Of a stretch of 64,000 nt of DNA, positions 24,561-38,000 are shown in pieces. The position numbers and the translations under genes are program-made. The notes below the pieces were generated by a model. The model made no database searches and was not told the origin of the DNA. It was given only the letters and a program-made list of their open reading frames with translations. The stretch's first letter is position 1; each line of letters starts with the position of its first letter. Location of the stretch: positions 38,045,605 to 38,109,604 of the forward strand of contig JAUZTB010000033.1 in the NCBI GenBank assembly GCA_034780895.1, given 5' to 3'. Origin of the DNA: Rhynchobatus australiae. Taxonomy: Eukaryota.

Positions 24561-27509
24561 AAACTCAGTGAATGCATCTCCCACATTCTACCAATAGACC
24601 ACAAGGTTTGGACCCTGTTCAATTCATCACACACCCACCAAAGCTTTGTCAACTAGGACTCGTGCCCTACGTTTGAGACAGTTGCCAATCTTGGATTATT
24701 ATGTCAAAATTATCAACACTTAGTCATTCTGCTTTTCAATGGCGCTTGAAAACTATTATTCCAGACAGGTTACTTGGTACTTCAGAAATCAGAATGCATA
24801 CCTATGATCAAAGGGAATCTTCTTCATTCAAGAACATTGTTAAGGAAGCGATTGCTGGAATTGCACCCTTGAATAGAAAATGCCAAGCACTAACTTCAGA
24901 AATATTACACTCTCAGATGTCCAACATCAAATAGAAACATTTAGTCTGAAAACATAGAAGGAGAAGATACTCATGAACCAAGAAGGATTTGCAAAGCCTT
25001 GTGTTCTGTCTCAGTGTAGAAGACATGTTGTGCTGCTATCTCTTGTTTAGTCAGATATCAGAAGTAATTGTTAATTTGTAAAATCTCCACAGCCGCACAT
25101 TTTTCATGTAACAAGCAAGGGTCATAATTTTTTGCATTCTGATAAAACACATTAAAACCAATTCCAAATTTCTATTTTTTTTCTTTTCACAAAGTTCTCA
25201 CTGGGATTTCTTTCGGATATTGAAAGGACTGTTTTGTATTTCAACAGAAAAAAATACTTGGCAATAAGATAGAGGGGTGTGGGTTATTTTAAGCTGGTCA
25301 TTCCCTTAAATTTGACACTTCAAGCCTAGTTTATGATCCTCAATTACCTTGGACAAATGTTTTCTTTGCTTGTAGAAAAGGATTTTTTAAAAATTAAAGT
25401 ATGATATCAATGAGTGTGAGGTAATTGCATTTATGGTCACTTATTCCATTTCTCCTTTTCTTGATTTGCTGTTCGCTATTTGAAATCATGTATGCATTGA
25501 ATGGGCCATGATACATCTCTTCCAATTTGCATTTCCATTTGGAAATTAAAATCAGGATATAAATATATTGGGCAGTTGAATCACTGTCTCTCTTTTAATA
25601 ATATATCTGAAATCAAAATTGAGCCAGTAGGTCTTGATTAGTTGTAGTCTCTTGACAGCATTAAGTTCCTTCAGTATAATAAAAATCTGGCCATTACTTA
25701 TGTAAATTTATATGCATTCAGGAGATGACTGTCAGACTAACCTACTATAGTATTGGCTTCTGTGAGAGTTGGTATGACGAGAAAAATAGGGAGGAACTAT
25801 TGCAAGATGCTTAGTGGCCTACACAAGCAAGAGGACTATAAANNNNNNNNNNCAATGTCTGGATGGGCTGATCTTAAAAATGACTGCCACTATAGATTAT
25901 TGGAGGTTTTTGAAATGCAGATTAGTTTGGTAGATAAATTGAACCATGATATCTTATAAATAAAAAAACAGAACAGATCAATGTAAATAGATCTACCTAG
26001 TAAAAGAATGATGAGTGAACTTCTTCAAAGTTTGTTTGGAAAATTCCCCAGTTACAAATTTCATAAATTTGCATTTTGTTTTCCATAGTTTTACCCCCAG
26101 AGATGACAGAGAAAATGTAATTTCATCAGAGCAATGTAAAACAGTTATTAAGGTAAATCTGTGCAAAACCTGATTTATTGATTTGTAGTCCCAGGATTCA
26201 ATTAAGATTAGGCTAATGTCTGCAATATCAGGATCTGATAGCAAATTCTCAGTAATTTGGTCACTTTTAGGACCTCAGACAGCACTTTGTAGCTGAGAGT
26301 TCTTACTTTTACAGTAAAACACTGTTTGCTATGAACAGGTATGATTGTAGAATTCTCTTTGTCCTAAGAATTTTGCACTTTCTCCTCCCACAGTGCCTGA
26401 AAAAGGAGGTTTCAGCTCTTTTCCCCTCCTCGGCCTGGTATCTGTGTNNNNNNNNNNNNNNNNNNNNNNNNNNNNNNNNNNNNNNNNNNNNNNNNNNNNN
26501 NNNNNNNNNNNNNNNNNNNNNNNNNNNNNNNNNNNNNNNNNNNNNNNACCAAGAAGATGGTGGGGGGGGGGGGGTGTGGAAACAAAATCAAGTTAAACAA
26601 CTTAGGCGATTTCTATTGGTGCTGGCACTTGATTCAGTATAATTTTGTTCACTAGGGAGTGAAATGCTACATGTAGTCGGGCAAGTTTCATAAATAATTT
26701 ACAGTATGGAGGTTACAAGAATGTAATTCTTTTGAACTAATCTCAAATAGTTGAAAGTCTCAGCCAAGATATATTGGATAAATCATAGAATACAAGGTAA
26801 TACAGTTATTTAAAGTTTGCTTTTAAATATAGAAGCTGATGACATTTTTTCTTGAATATGGCATTCAACATATACCTGTCTACTTATATTTTCCGATCTT
26901 CATTACAGATCTTCAGGAGTCATCAAGACAAAGGTCAGCAAGAGCCCCATTAAAGAATTTTAAATACATATAGGATGCACTTTTAATCAGATTTCACTTC
27001 AAAATTTATCATTAATAATAATCAAATAATGTAGGTCAGAATTATTTAATCTTTTTGCTTTATGAGGGCATTATAATTTTAAATAGGATTTATCCATAAA
27101 ACATTTAACAACAAAAAAACTTTGCCATAATTTTTTTATTATAGATTTCAATTTAATAAACAATTGTTGGGTTGGTTTGTGTTACCTCACCCTCAGGTGG
27201 AAACATTGGTCCTAAAAGCTCTGCTAGCTATGCAGTGTGTCCATAGCGAACTTCCGTCCGACTGCCGTGCATTCTCTGACTCCAGATTTCCTTGACTCCG
27301 CACTGAAGTGTCGAAGCTGGGTACAATTTGTCAAAAGGTCATCAGGAAAAACTGTGGATGGGCCTTGGTTTCTGCTGTTTGCTGACATATGCTATGATGA
27401 AGAGATTAGCAACAATGCTGGCAGGAGCATAAGAACTGTATGGTTACAATAATTTAGTTCAGTCACAGGACTAGCAGGGGCAGAACTTAAAGGCATTTGC
27501 TGGGGCAAT

Positions 27510-28270
27510 ATGGGTGAGTGGCAAACACATGGTAGATTCAGTTTAATTTACAGCACAAATGTGAGGTTATCCAATCTGGTTCCAAAAACAGAAAGACGGA
27601 CTGTTTTCACCTGAAAGGTGAAAGATTGTGAAAAAGGAAGGTGCAATGAGACCTGGATGTCTTTGTACAACTGTCAACGAAAGCAAGTATACAGCTTTAG
27701 CAAGCAGATAGGAAAACAAATAGTATATTGGCCTTCATTATAAAAGAATTCGATCACAGGAGGAAATATATCTTGCTGCAGCATTGGGATGCCTGATCTT
27801 GAGATTTATATTGCAGTTTTGGTCTCTCTTTACTTGTTTTTACCAGGGATGAAGCATGAGGAAGGTTCATTAGACTGGTTCTTGGAAATGTTGGACTGAC
27901 GTATGAGGAGAGATTAGGTGGGTTAAGCTGAATATACACTGAATTACAGAAGACTGAGAGGAAATCTCATGGAAAAATTCTAACAGGGTAAATACAGGAA
28001 GTATGTTCTTGATTGCTGGAGAGTGCATAACGAGGGATAACAACCTCGTAATTCTGAATATGCTACTAAGAATTAAGATGAGAAATGTCTCATCCAGATG
28101 GTGAACCTATAGGATTCTCTACCACACATGACAGTGGTGGCCAAGTCATTAAATATATTCATGGAGTGAGATACATTTCTGGATGGTGATTGGGATGTGG
28201 GGAGAAGGCAAGAACACATTGAAGTAGATACTGGTGTTGAAGGTTGGAGCAGGACCGAATGGTCCACCCT
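27510..28270 (+). mobile_element. CR1-type LINE 3' fragment
   Basis: tgggtgagtggcaaacacatggtagattcagtttaat...gcagttttggtctc...gtatgaggagagattaggtgggttaagc...gtgaacctataggattctctacc. Confidence 0.7.
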
Positions 28271-28349
28271 TGACTCTATTCTGGGATCAACGTAGGAAGT
28301 CTATTATCCCACAAGACACGTTTATAGCAAGCCTTGCAAAAGAGTTCTC

Positions 28350-29035
28350 CCAGCTCGGTGACGCGGGTCTCCGGCGAGGAGACGGCGAGACACCCTCTTT
28401 GGCGAGCGGCCGGAGAATAGGCAGAATTGCCATCGTCGAGAGACTCCGCCAGTCTTTCGGACCAGTTACGACTCGATGATGGTCAATTTGCTTTCCACCG
28501 ATTATTAGACTATAAATAAATGATTATGTCGGTTTACGCCCGGTATGCGAGAAGTGGCAGTTCTCTATTTGACTGGACTTGAAGGCACCACAAGTGCTGG
28601 CGCGGATCCTCTTTCAAATTAATGGCGCCAGGATTCCACCCCCAACCGTCAGATGATTCGAGCGGGAGAGAGGCCGGTTCCCGGTCCGGGCCTCGGCCCC
28701 TCCCTCTTCCCGGACCCGGGCCGCACCTCCACCATCCACCATAGCTTATCTCTGCCTTCGCTCGGTCAAAGAGCAGCAGCCTGCAGCTCATCGCTCTGTC
28801 GGTTCCGCTGATTTCAAGCACCGACGCGTGGCTTCCTTCTCCGGGCTGAACGATGCACGTAAGCACCCGGGGAAAGGTGGGGATAAATGGAGCGGCTTTG
28901 GGGCCATCAACCCGGCGGCAACAGTGAGGCCTTCCTGCCGTTACAGGTCACAGCCGGGGTGACGGACGCCGCCTGATAACAGTGGTGACATAAGAGGCAG
29001 ATTTTTGAAGGGAACTGTCGGCACTGGGCCGGCTA
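28350..29035 (+). promoter_or_regulatory. CpG island / TKFC promoter and first exon
   Basis: The only long GC- and CpG-rich block in an otherwise CpG-depleted AT-rich window; contains ATG followed by a strong gtaagc donor. Confidence 0.85.
28853..28858 (+). CDS. TKFC: TKFC first coding exon end: ATG CAC (MH)
   Basis: gaacgATGCAC|gtaagc; A at -3; phase-0 join to HSKKLLN; the next exon has no ATG before the conserved KKL. Confidence 0.7.
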
Positions 29036-32000
29036 TGAAGAACATTATTAAAGTGGCAAGTTATGTCAGAGAGTAGATTTAAGGAACCACATCTGTCAGT
29101 TATGTTGTCACTTGCTGAAGCACTTTCCTTTTTAAAACCTTAAAACACGTCAACTTTGACTGTGTTTGTTGTGTAAAGAAGCTGTTTTGCATCGATCACT
29201 AACTTACCGATTGAAACAACTATAAAAAATGGGTTTCCATGCTGACTGCCACAGAGAAAGTAATCGTTAGGTCCTCCTCAACTGCCACCTCCCAGTGGCC
29301 AAAGAATTGCTCCCTAAATGGCAGTGTGGTATCCATCCACCTGTCAGCACATTAGGCATGATCTTCAGCCCACATCAACTCCAGCAGAAGTGCAGGAGGG
29401 CGTGGCGTCAATCTCTATGTAGTCTTTTATTGACCTCTCAAATGCAGCTTTATAAACTCGATTGAAAAGGTATTGGATTATTATTGTCACCTGTCTTGCA
29501 TACCAATTGTACAGGTCAATTCATTACACAGTGCAGTTACATTGGGTTAGTACAGAGTGCCTTGATGTAGTACAGGTAAAAATAACAGTACAAAGTGTCA
29601 CAGCTACAGAGAATGTGCAGTGCAAGGTCACAACAAGGTAGATCGTGAAATCATAGTCCGTCTCATCGTATAAGGGAACCGTTCAATAATCTTATCACAG
29701 TAGGGTAGAAGCTGTCCTTAAGTCTGGTGGTACGTGCCCTCAGGCTCCTTTATATTCTACCTGATGGAAGAGGAGAGAAGAGAGAATGACCCAGGTGGGT
29801 GAGGTCTTCGATTATGCTGGCTGCTTCACCAAGGTAGTGAGAGGTAAAGACCGAGTCCAAGGAGGGGAGGCTGGTGTCCCTGATGTGCTGGGCTGTGTCG
29901 ACAACTCTCTGCAGTTTCTTGCGGTCCTGAGCAGAGCAGTTGCCATACCAAGCTGTGATGCTTCTATGGTACATCAATAAAAGTTGGTAGGTGTTAAAGG
30001 GGACAAACCGAATTTCTTTAGCCTCCTGAGGAAGTAGAGGCGCTGGTGAGCTTTCTTGGCTGTGGCTTCTACATGATTTGACCAGGATAGGCTGTTGGTG
30101 ATGTTCACTCCCAGGAACTTGAAGCTTTCAACCCACNNNNNNNNNNNNNNNNNNNNNNNNNNNNNNNNNNNNNNNNNNNNNNNNNNNNNNNNNNNNNNCC
30201 CCCTTTCCTGAAGTCAATGACCAGCTCTTTTGTTGACATTGAGGAAAGGTTGTTGTCGTGACACCATTCCACTAAGCTCTCTATCTCCTTCCTGTACTCT
30301 GTATTGCTGTTTGAGATACGGCCTACAACGGTGGTATCACCTGCAAACTTTTAGATGGGGTTAGAGCAGAATCTGACCACACTGTCACTGAGGAGGATCC
30401 TTCTCAAATTTGGAGCGTACCACTTCTCAAATAGCTCACCAGCTCTCCCTTTCAAGCACCAGCGGCAAAGTCTACAGGTTTCTCACTCGTCTCATCAGCT
30501 ACTTCAGAACCAGAGTGGAAGAAAGTTACCAAAATCCAGAGGGGTAACAGAGAGATAAAAGGTTTTTCAAGCTATAGCTGTTTCTGTGTACCAGCACACC
30601 TTGCCTCTTGCCCCCATCCCATCCATTCAACCTCCCATTACTGGCTATCTCCCTTCAACTCTTTCTTCTAGATGAAGGGGTCTTGACCCAAAGCATCAAC
30701 TATCCTTTTCCTGGCACAGATGCTGCCTGACCTGCTGACTTCCTTCAGCAGTTTGTTTTTTGCTCCAGATTCCAGCTTCTGCAATCTCTTGAACCTTCCA
30801 TTGTACTTGAGTCCCAGATTAATCTGGAGATACCATTTCCTTCCTGGACTTTTCACGCCAGAGGCCTGCTGATACTGTTCTGTATCATTTAAACAACTGT
30901 TGCTTCTAATGATCTGACTGACTCCCATACCCACACTAATCTTTTACGAGAACCCTCTGACTCTCTGCTATTCTCTCTGCGATTCCCCTTCTTAACCTCT
31001 CCAGCACAGAATTAATAAGACAATTCTTCCAGTGTAGTATGTGCAGCTTCTAGAACAACAATCATAACTATGTAATATTTCATAACCTATTACAGAGGGT
31101 TGTATCACTGATGGTAGCATCATGATTTTTCAAATTAAGTCATGGGTGTATATGAACATTTTAGTAACTGTCACATGGACCAAAACAGTAGATGTTTTTG
31201 TGTCACCATCCTGCCTGACACGGATGAACTTTTTGAGCCAACGGATGTTCGAGCCCCATTACAGGTCTCAAGCACTTACTGAAACGTACATGAATGTTTG
31301 ACTGCAGTACTGAGAGAGTGCTGCGTTTCTGGCTGCTTCTTGCTCTATGGAGTTCTAAAGTGAACCTACTCCTGATTTCACCGGAACTACCACTGTAGCT
31401 TTGCAAATGTAGAGATTTCAGTAGAAAGTCCTTCAGTGCATTTGGTCATGGAAGGCCCAATCTACTGTGCATGATACCTCTGGCATTCTGAGCTCTCCAT
31501 TGATCTATTCAGATGCATATTAAATCTCATTTGGCGCTATTTGATGAAGAGTAGCGGTTCTTCTGCTGTTGCTGCCAACGTTCATTCAAGCAAAGCCCCT
31601 TTACAGGTGATTTCTGTTTAGGATGTATTCTGTGATTAGCACGATTGCTAAATCTCTTTTACACAACAACAACAACGACAACCTTCAAAAGCAATTGTTG
31701 GCTATGGATTGCTCTGGGTGTCCTTTGGAAGTGAGAGGTATCAAATATAAGCACATTCTTCATTCCAAAATATATATTTTCTAGTAAAAATCTTGACTAT
31801 TTTACAATTAAGTTATGTCAACTGTAAAGGTGATATACAGAGGAAATTGTACACTCAGTTTCTCAAGCCTGTTCCTTCATTGAAGAAGATCATGGCTGAT
31901 CTGAGAGTAACCTAAACTCCACATTTCTATCTCCCCCATTAACCTTTCACCCCTTTGCTTATCAAGAAACTATCTGCCACTGCCTTGAAAATATTTAAAG

Positions 32001-35000
32001 CCTCTGTTTCGGCTGCCCTTTGTTCTAGAGAGTCCCAGAGACTTGCAACCCTTTAAGAGAGGAAAAGAAATAACCTCATCTGTCTTAAATGGGTGGCCCT
32101 TTTTTTTAAAATATTGAATCTTGCTCAAGATTCTCCCTTCTAAGAGAAGACATTTTCAGGATTCTCTAAATTTAAATCAAATTGTCTTTCACTCTTATAA
32201 AAATCTAGGGGTAAAACCTAGCCTGCCCATTCCAGATATGAGTCTAGTAAACCTTCTCTGAACTGCTTTCAAGTCATTAGTGTCCCTCCTTAAATAAGGA
32301 TACCAGTACTGTACACAGTACTTCAATTGTGGTATCATCAGTCCTCTGTATAACTGAAGCATAACCTCCCTATTTTTGCCCTAATCTCATTTGGAATAAT
32401 AAGTAAATATTCTGTCATTTTTCCTAAATACTTTCTGTACTTGAATGCAAGCTTTCAGTGAATCATGCATAAGGACAACAAGATAGTTCCCTCTGCATCT
32501 CGGAGCTCTACAATCTCCCCATTTAGATATGTTCTTCTATGTTTCCTGTCAAAAGAGAACATTTCAAATTTTCCCACCTTGTACTTCATTTTCCAGACCT
32601 CTGTTTAGTTCTTAACTTTTCTACATCACTTTGTAATCTCCTTCTGTGCTCTTTGCATCTTACTTTCCAAGCTTTCTTTGTATCAGCAGCAACTTTAGCA
32701 AACATAACTTTGGTTCCCTCAAGTTATTTACATAATTTGTAAAAAAAAATTATGCCCCAGAACTGATGCCCATTGCAAACTATTCATTACCATTGCTAAC
32801 TGGAAAAAACCCTCATTTATGATTGCTCTCTGTTTCCTGTTAGCCAACCAATCTTCTATCCAAGACAATGTTATCACCTACAACACTGCAAGGAATGCAA
32901 AATTCACTAAATCTGGAAATAGATTGTAGCTGCAGGGAACGTCACACTTGATTGGTGCCCCCCACAGCAATATCAATTGCTCAGAAAACCTAAAGTATCA
33001 TGGTAGATTGTGTAAGTAGATTGGCCTTCCATGTCCAAATGCACTGAAAGATTTTCTACTGAAATCTCTGCATTTGCAAAGCTACAGTACAGTGGTAGTT
33101 CCCAGGGGTGAAGTCAGGAGTAATCTGGGGTGGTGGATAATTTAGCACAAGTCAAGTCTTCTGGATTTTCATTCTGGTGATGGTGGTGAGAGTGAGAGCA
33201 GGATCAGTATTCGAACTTGATATCCCCCATTAGTTCTTGGGTATTTCTGTAGCAAAAATAAAAATAATTTGTTGCTGGATTGAAGGTACACTGCAAGCCA
33301 CAACATGCAAATTGAATGGATTGGAAAACTGATCTTCAATCTTTAGAGGGAGAATTTAATTTATAATTTTGCTTTAGCATTCAAAGAAGCTTTTAAACTC
33401 TGTGGAGCATTGTGTAGACGATGCTTTGGAAGGACTCGTGGCCTGGAATGTAGGAATGCAGCTGGTGCAAGGACATCGTATCATTATCAGGTCGGACCTG
33501 AAGAACATCAAAGGCAAAGTGGCCTTGCTGTCTGGAGGAGGTTCTGGGCATGAGCCAGCACATGCAGGTATCAAATCTCAAATGTTGACCTTGGTAGATC
33601 TCTCTTAGATTTTAAACTTTTCACTAATCATGGATCAAGCTGGTGTAATCTGTCTGGTTGCTTCAATTGGTGATGGTTTCACATTTCAAATACTAGAAGA
33701 CTGCTGCTTTATTAAAGTGACATCTTCTGGGTGAGATATTAAACTAAGGCCTTGGTTGCCTATTGAGGTGCATTAAAACAATCTTGGTTTTGATGAGGTA
33801 ACATAAGTCATTAACATAATGTTCAAAAGAGCAGTAGTTCTGGCACTTAATCCTTCACCATCCTCCACTCTGGAAAAACAACCATCACAATTCTCTGCCT
33901 TCTGTACTTTATCCATTCTCCCACTGTCCTCTTTTACAATATGGGCCTCATTTGCTAATCAAGCCTTTCATTTGGGACTTTGCAAAGCATCTGTAAATAT
34001 ATAACGTCAGTGTCCATGCATTTAATTTCAGAAGTGATCATCGGAGAACATGTGTTTTATGGTAATAGGGCTGGACAAGATTATGGAGGTAGGGAGGGAC
34101 AAGGCATGAGATAGATTTGGAAGTAGGATGAGAATTTAAAATATGTTGTGCTGTTTGAATACTGTGTGTATCAATGTAGGTCAGCAAACAAGATATGAAT
34201 GTAGGCCTTTACAGGCTGGGGAGCAGGGGACTTCCCTATCCCACCCACAGCCAAATTCATGGGGGATTGAACAAAGGAAGCCAGCCAGGAGTACATTTGA
34301 GCAGTGAAGTTTAGAAGGAATAAAACTACAGATGAGGATGCCAGAAGAAGAGCTAAGATGTGGACAAAAGGATAATGTTACAGAGATGACAATAGGCATT
34401 CTTAGTGTAGGTGAAGATGTGGTTCAAAATAATGCAGGATGTCGTTGATGGAGGAGTCTAAAAAATCTGAATTATGTATTTTCCCTGCAGTACAAGATAC
34501 ATTAGTTGAGCATTTACCGTCTTTTGCCAGAAGTGATCCATCTTGGCTTATTCCCCAGGCTAACGAGATAAGAGCACAACAGTATTAGGGGAAATGTGTT
34601 AACATGGACTGAAGATTGGTTGTCACGTGGAAGTCAGAATAAATGGGTCTTTTACAGATTGGAAAGATGTAACTTGTAGAATGCCCCCAAGGATCAGTTC
34701 TTGACTGTGAATTATTTACTATTTTTGTTAATGACTTGAATAGCTGACACATTGCCCGCTCCAAGGTTTCTGCAGACACACAAATAGCTGCAATAAAGGT
34801 GTTTAGACTCTACAACAGGATATGGATAGATAATGAATGGGCAAGAACTTGACAAATGCAGTTCAGTGTAGCAATGTAACATGATCATGTACTTTGGGAG
34901 GAATCAAAAGGCAGACTGTTATTTAAATAGAGTAATACTGCAAACTATTAGGATCCAGGTGTTCTGTATTTAACACATAGTTAAGTGCAGCAAGTAATTA

Positions 35001-38000
35001 AGAAGGCAAATGACATGTCCTTTGTTTCTGGGGTGAGGGTGGTTAGGGGTGGGGCTAAGTTTAAAAATGGGAAGTATTGTTGCGACTGTACAGGCTACTG
35101 CTGAGGCTTTACCTGGAGTACTGTGTATAGTTTTGGTCCCGTTATTTAAGAGGATATACTACACTGAACGTGATCCATAATTGATTGAGTAGTCGTATTC
35201 CTAGGATGAAAGGTTTGCCCCATCACAAATGACTTCAAAGTTAGATCTATATTCTCTGGAGCTTAGAATGAAGAATCAGTTTTATTATTGTCACGTGTAC
35301 TGAGGTACAGTGGAAAAACCTGTCTTGCATACCGTTCATACAGATCGATTCATTACAACAGTGCATTGAGGTGGTACAGGGTAAAAACAATAACAGAATG
35401 CAGAATAAAGTGTAACTGTTACAGAGAAAGTGCAGTGCAGGCAGACAATAAGGTGCGAGGTCATAACGAGGTAGATTGTGAGGTCAAGGGTGATCTTACT
35501 AAAACACAAGGTCCTAAGGGAGCATGTCAGGGTAGATGTGATGTTTCCACAAGTAGGAGAGTCTCAAATGAGATGNNNNNNNNNNNNNNNNNNNNNNNNN
35601 NNNNNNNNNNNNNNNNNNNNNNNNNNNNNNNNNNNNNNNNNNNNNNNNNNNNNNNNNNNNNNNNNNNNNNNNNNNTGATGATCAATTGAAAATAAATATG
35701 CAGTACGAATCCACTATTGCTGAAGATCATCCTGCAGGACCAAGTGTTAGGTCATCAGTTGTACATAGGCCATGCTTCATTTAGTGGGGTAGCATTGCAT
35801 GGAAATTTTAGAGCAGGTGTAGGTTAGACAGACACTAAGTCTTTTGTTTAGTTGATGTTTGAATGGTATTTGGCATGATTTGATTCATAAATTTGATTTG
35901 GGGTGTTGATTTTATGTTTGATTTTACATTGGCATTCTGACCAAGTATGATGATCAGTAACAGAAGAAAGACAAAGCGTGGGATTGTTTGAATGAGGAAC
36001 TGGAGGTTTGTTCGTTGGTGGTCCTATCTGATGAATTAATCCCAGAAAATTTGGGCTTTGTTGCTTCCTTCCTCTTATTCTCCATTTGCTGGCTTGGGCT
36101 GAGTCCTCAAAACTGGAAGATTGAATTCTGTATAACAGACCACTACAAACTTGCAGACCTGCTCTGCTGAATACTTCAGGACACCTTTATGGATGACAAT
36201 GTTTTAGTCAAAAGATTATGTAAATTTTATAAACATTGTAATGAAAATGAGGCAAATATTGTAAATATGTTGGAAACTTTTTTTTAAAAAACTGATTCCT
36301 TCAGAGCAATTCAAATGGCAGAACTACTAGGGCTGCAAATATACATATACGAAAGTGTACCTCAACTGTTAATGTTAGAACCATTAAAAATACAAGCAGA
36401 GAAAGTTATAAAGGAGAAAAAAAATACATTTGTCAGTGTTAGCTCTTATATTCATGGTCTGTCATTGAATTTTGGAAATTTATCTTTTTTCAGGCTACGT
36501 CGGAGCAGGAATGTTGACTGCTGCTATTGCTGGAGATGTCTTCACTTCTCCCCCAACAGGAAGTATTTCAGCAGCGATCCGAACTGTGGTCAGAGCAGGA
36601 GCAGGTATATACACTACTAAATAGAGTGAGGTTCCCATGATGGCCCTTTGAGGGCTACCATAATGTTCATGTGGCCCTCAATGAAAATGAGTTTGACACG
36701 CCTGCTGCAATGTATAACCCAGGTAGTTANNNNNNNNNNNNNNNNNNNNNNNNNNNNNNNNNNNNNNNNNNNNNNNNNNNNNNNNNNNNNNNNNNNNNNN
36801 NNNNNNNNNNNNNNNNNNNNNNNNNNNNNGTAAGTCAATCTATCTCATCAATGTTGGATACATATCCTTATTGTGTTACTAAATTTTGTATCATGAATAG
36901 ATTTATATATATCTTAAAATTCATTTATAAATATGGTGACATGCTGCAGCGCCAGTTTTTTTTATATAAAAACAAGTTCCTGGGGAAAACCACAAATGAA
37001 ATTCTGCTATTTGAGTACCTGCCTTTATCCCTTGTTCTCCCTTTCATCTTACGAATTAGACCAATGCTTTCCAACTCTTCCATAGCTTTAAGTTCTCTGG
37101 CGTGCACAACCTCATCTTCACCATGGACATCCAGTCCCAATATACCTCCATTCCCCATCATGACTGCCTCACCACCCTCCACTTCTTTCTTGACCAGAGA
37201 CTGAAGCAGTCCCCTTCCACTAACACTGTCCTCCGCAAGGCTGAACTTGTTCTCGCCCTAAACAACTTCAATTTCGATTCCTCTCACTTTCAACAGACCA
37301 AGGGTGTAGCTCTGGGTACTCACGTGGGCCCCAGCTATGTCTGCCTCTTCACTGGCTATGTTGAACAGTCTCTGTTCCAAGCCTACTCCGGCTCCATTCC
37401 TTAACTCTTTTTCCACTATATTGACGACTGTGTTGGTGCCACCTCTTGTGCCCGTGTGGAACTCAACGGTTTCATAAATTCCACCACAAATTTTCACCCT
37501 GCTCTCCATTTCATTTGGACTATCTCTGACACCTCTCTTTCCTTCATTGATCTTTCTATCTCCATTTCAGGAGATTCCTTATCCACCGACATCTTCTACG
37601 AACCCACTGACGTCCACAGCTACCTTGATTACAGCTCTTCCCAGCCTGTTTCTTGCAAGGACGTTGTCCTTTTTTCTCAATTTCTCCGCCTCTGCCGCAT
37701 CTGTTCCCAAAATGAGGTTTTCCACTCCAGGACACCCGAGATGTCCAACTTCTTTTCTAACTGTGGCTTCCCCCGGACTTTGGTCAAGAGAGCTTGCACA
37801 CATATTCTGCCATTTCCTGAACCTCCGCTCTCACCCCCTGCCCCCCTTCGCAGATCCAACAGGGATAGGGTCCCCCTTGTCCTCACATTTCATCCTGCAT
37901 ATTCTACTTATCCAACACATTATTCTCCACCACTTTTGCCATCTCCACTACCAAGTATNNNNNNNNNNNNNNNTATATCTTCCCCTCCCAACCTCTTTCT

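Noticed and set aside
28534-28866. 110-aa minus-strand ORF and a 40-codon plus-strand ORF (28622-28744) in the CpG island
   Set aside because: Typical GC-rich chance ORFs with no recognisable homology; TSS unknown, so uORF status is unsupported
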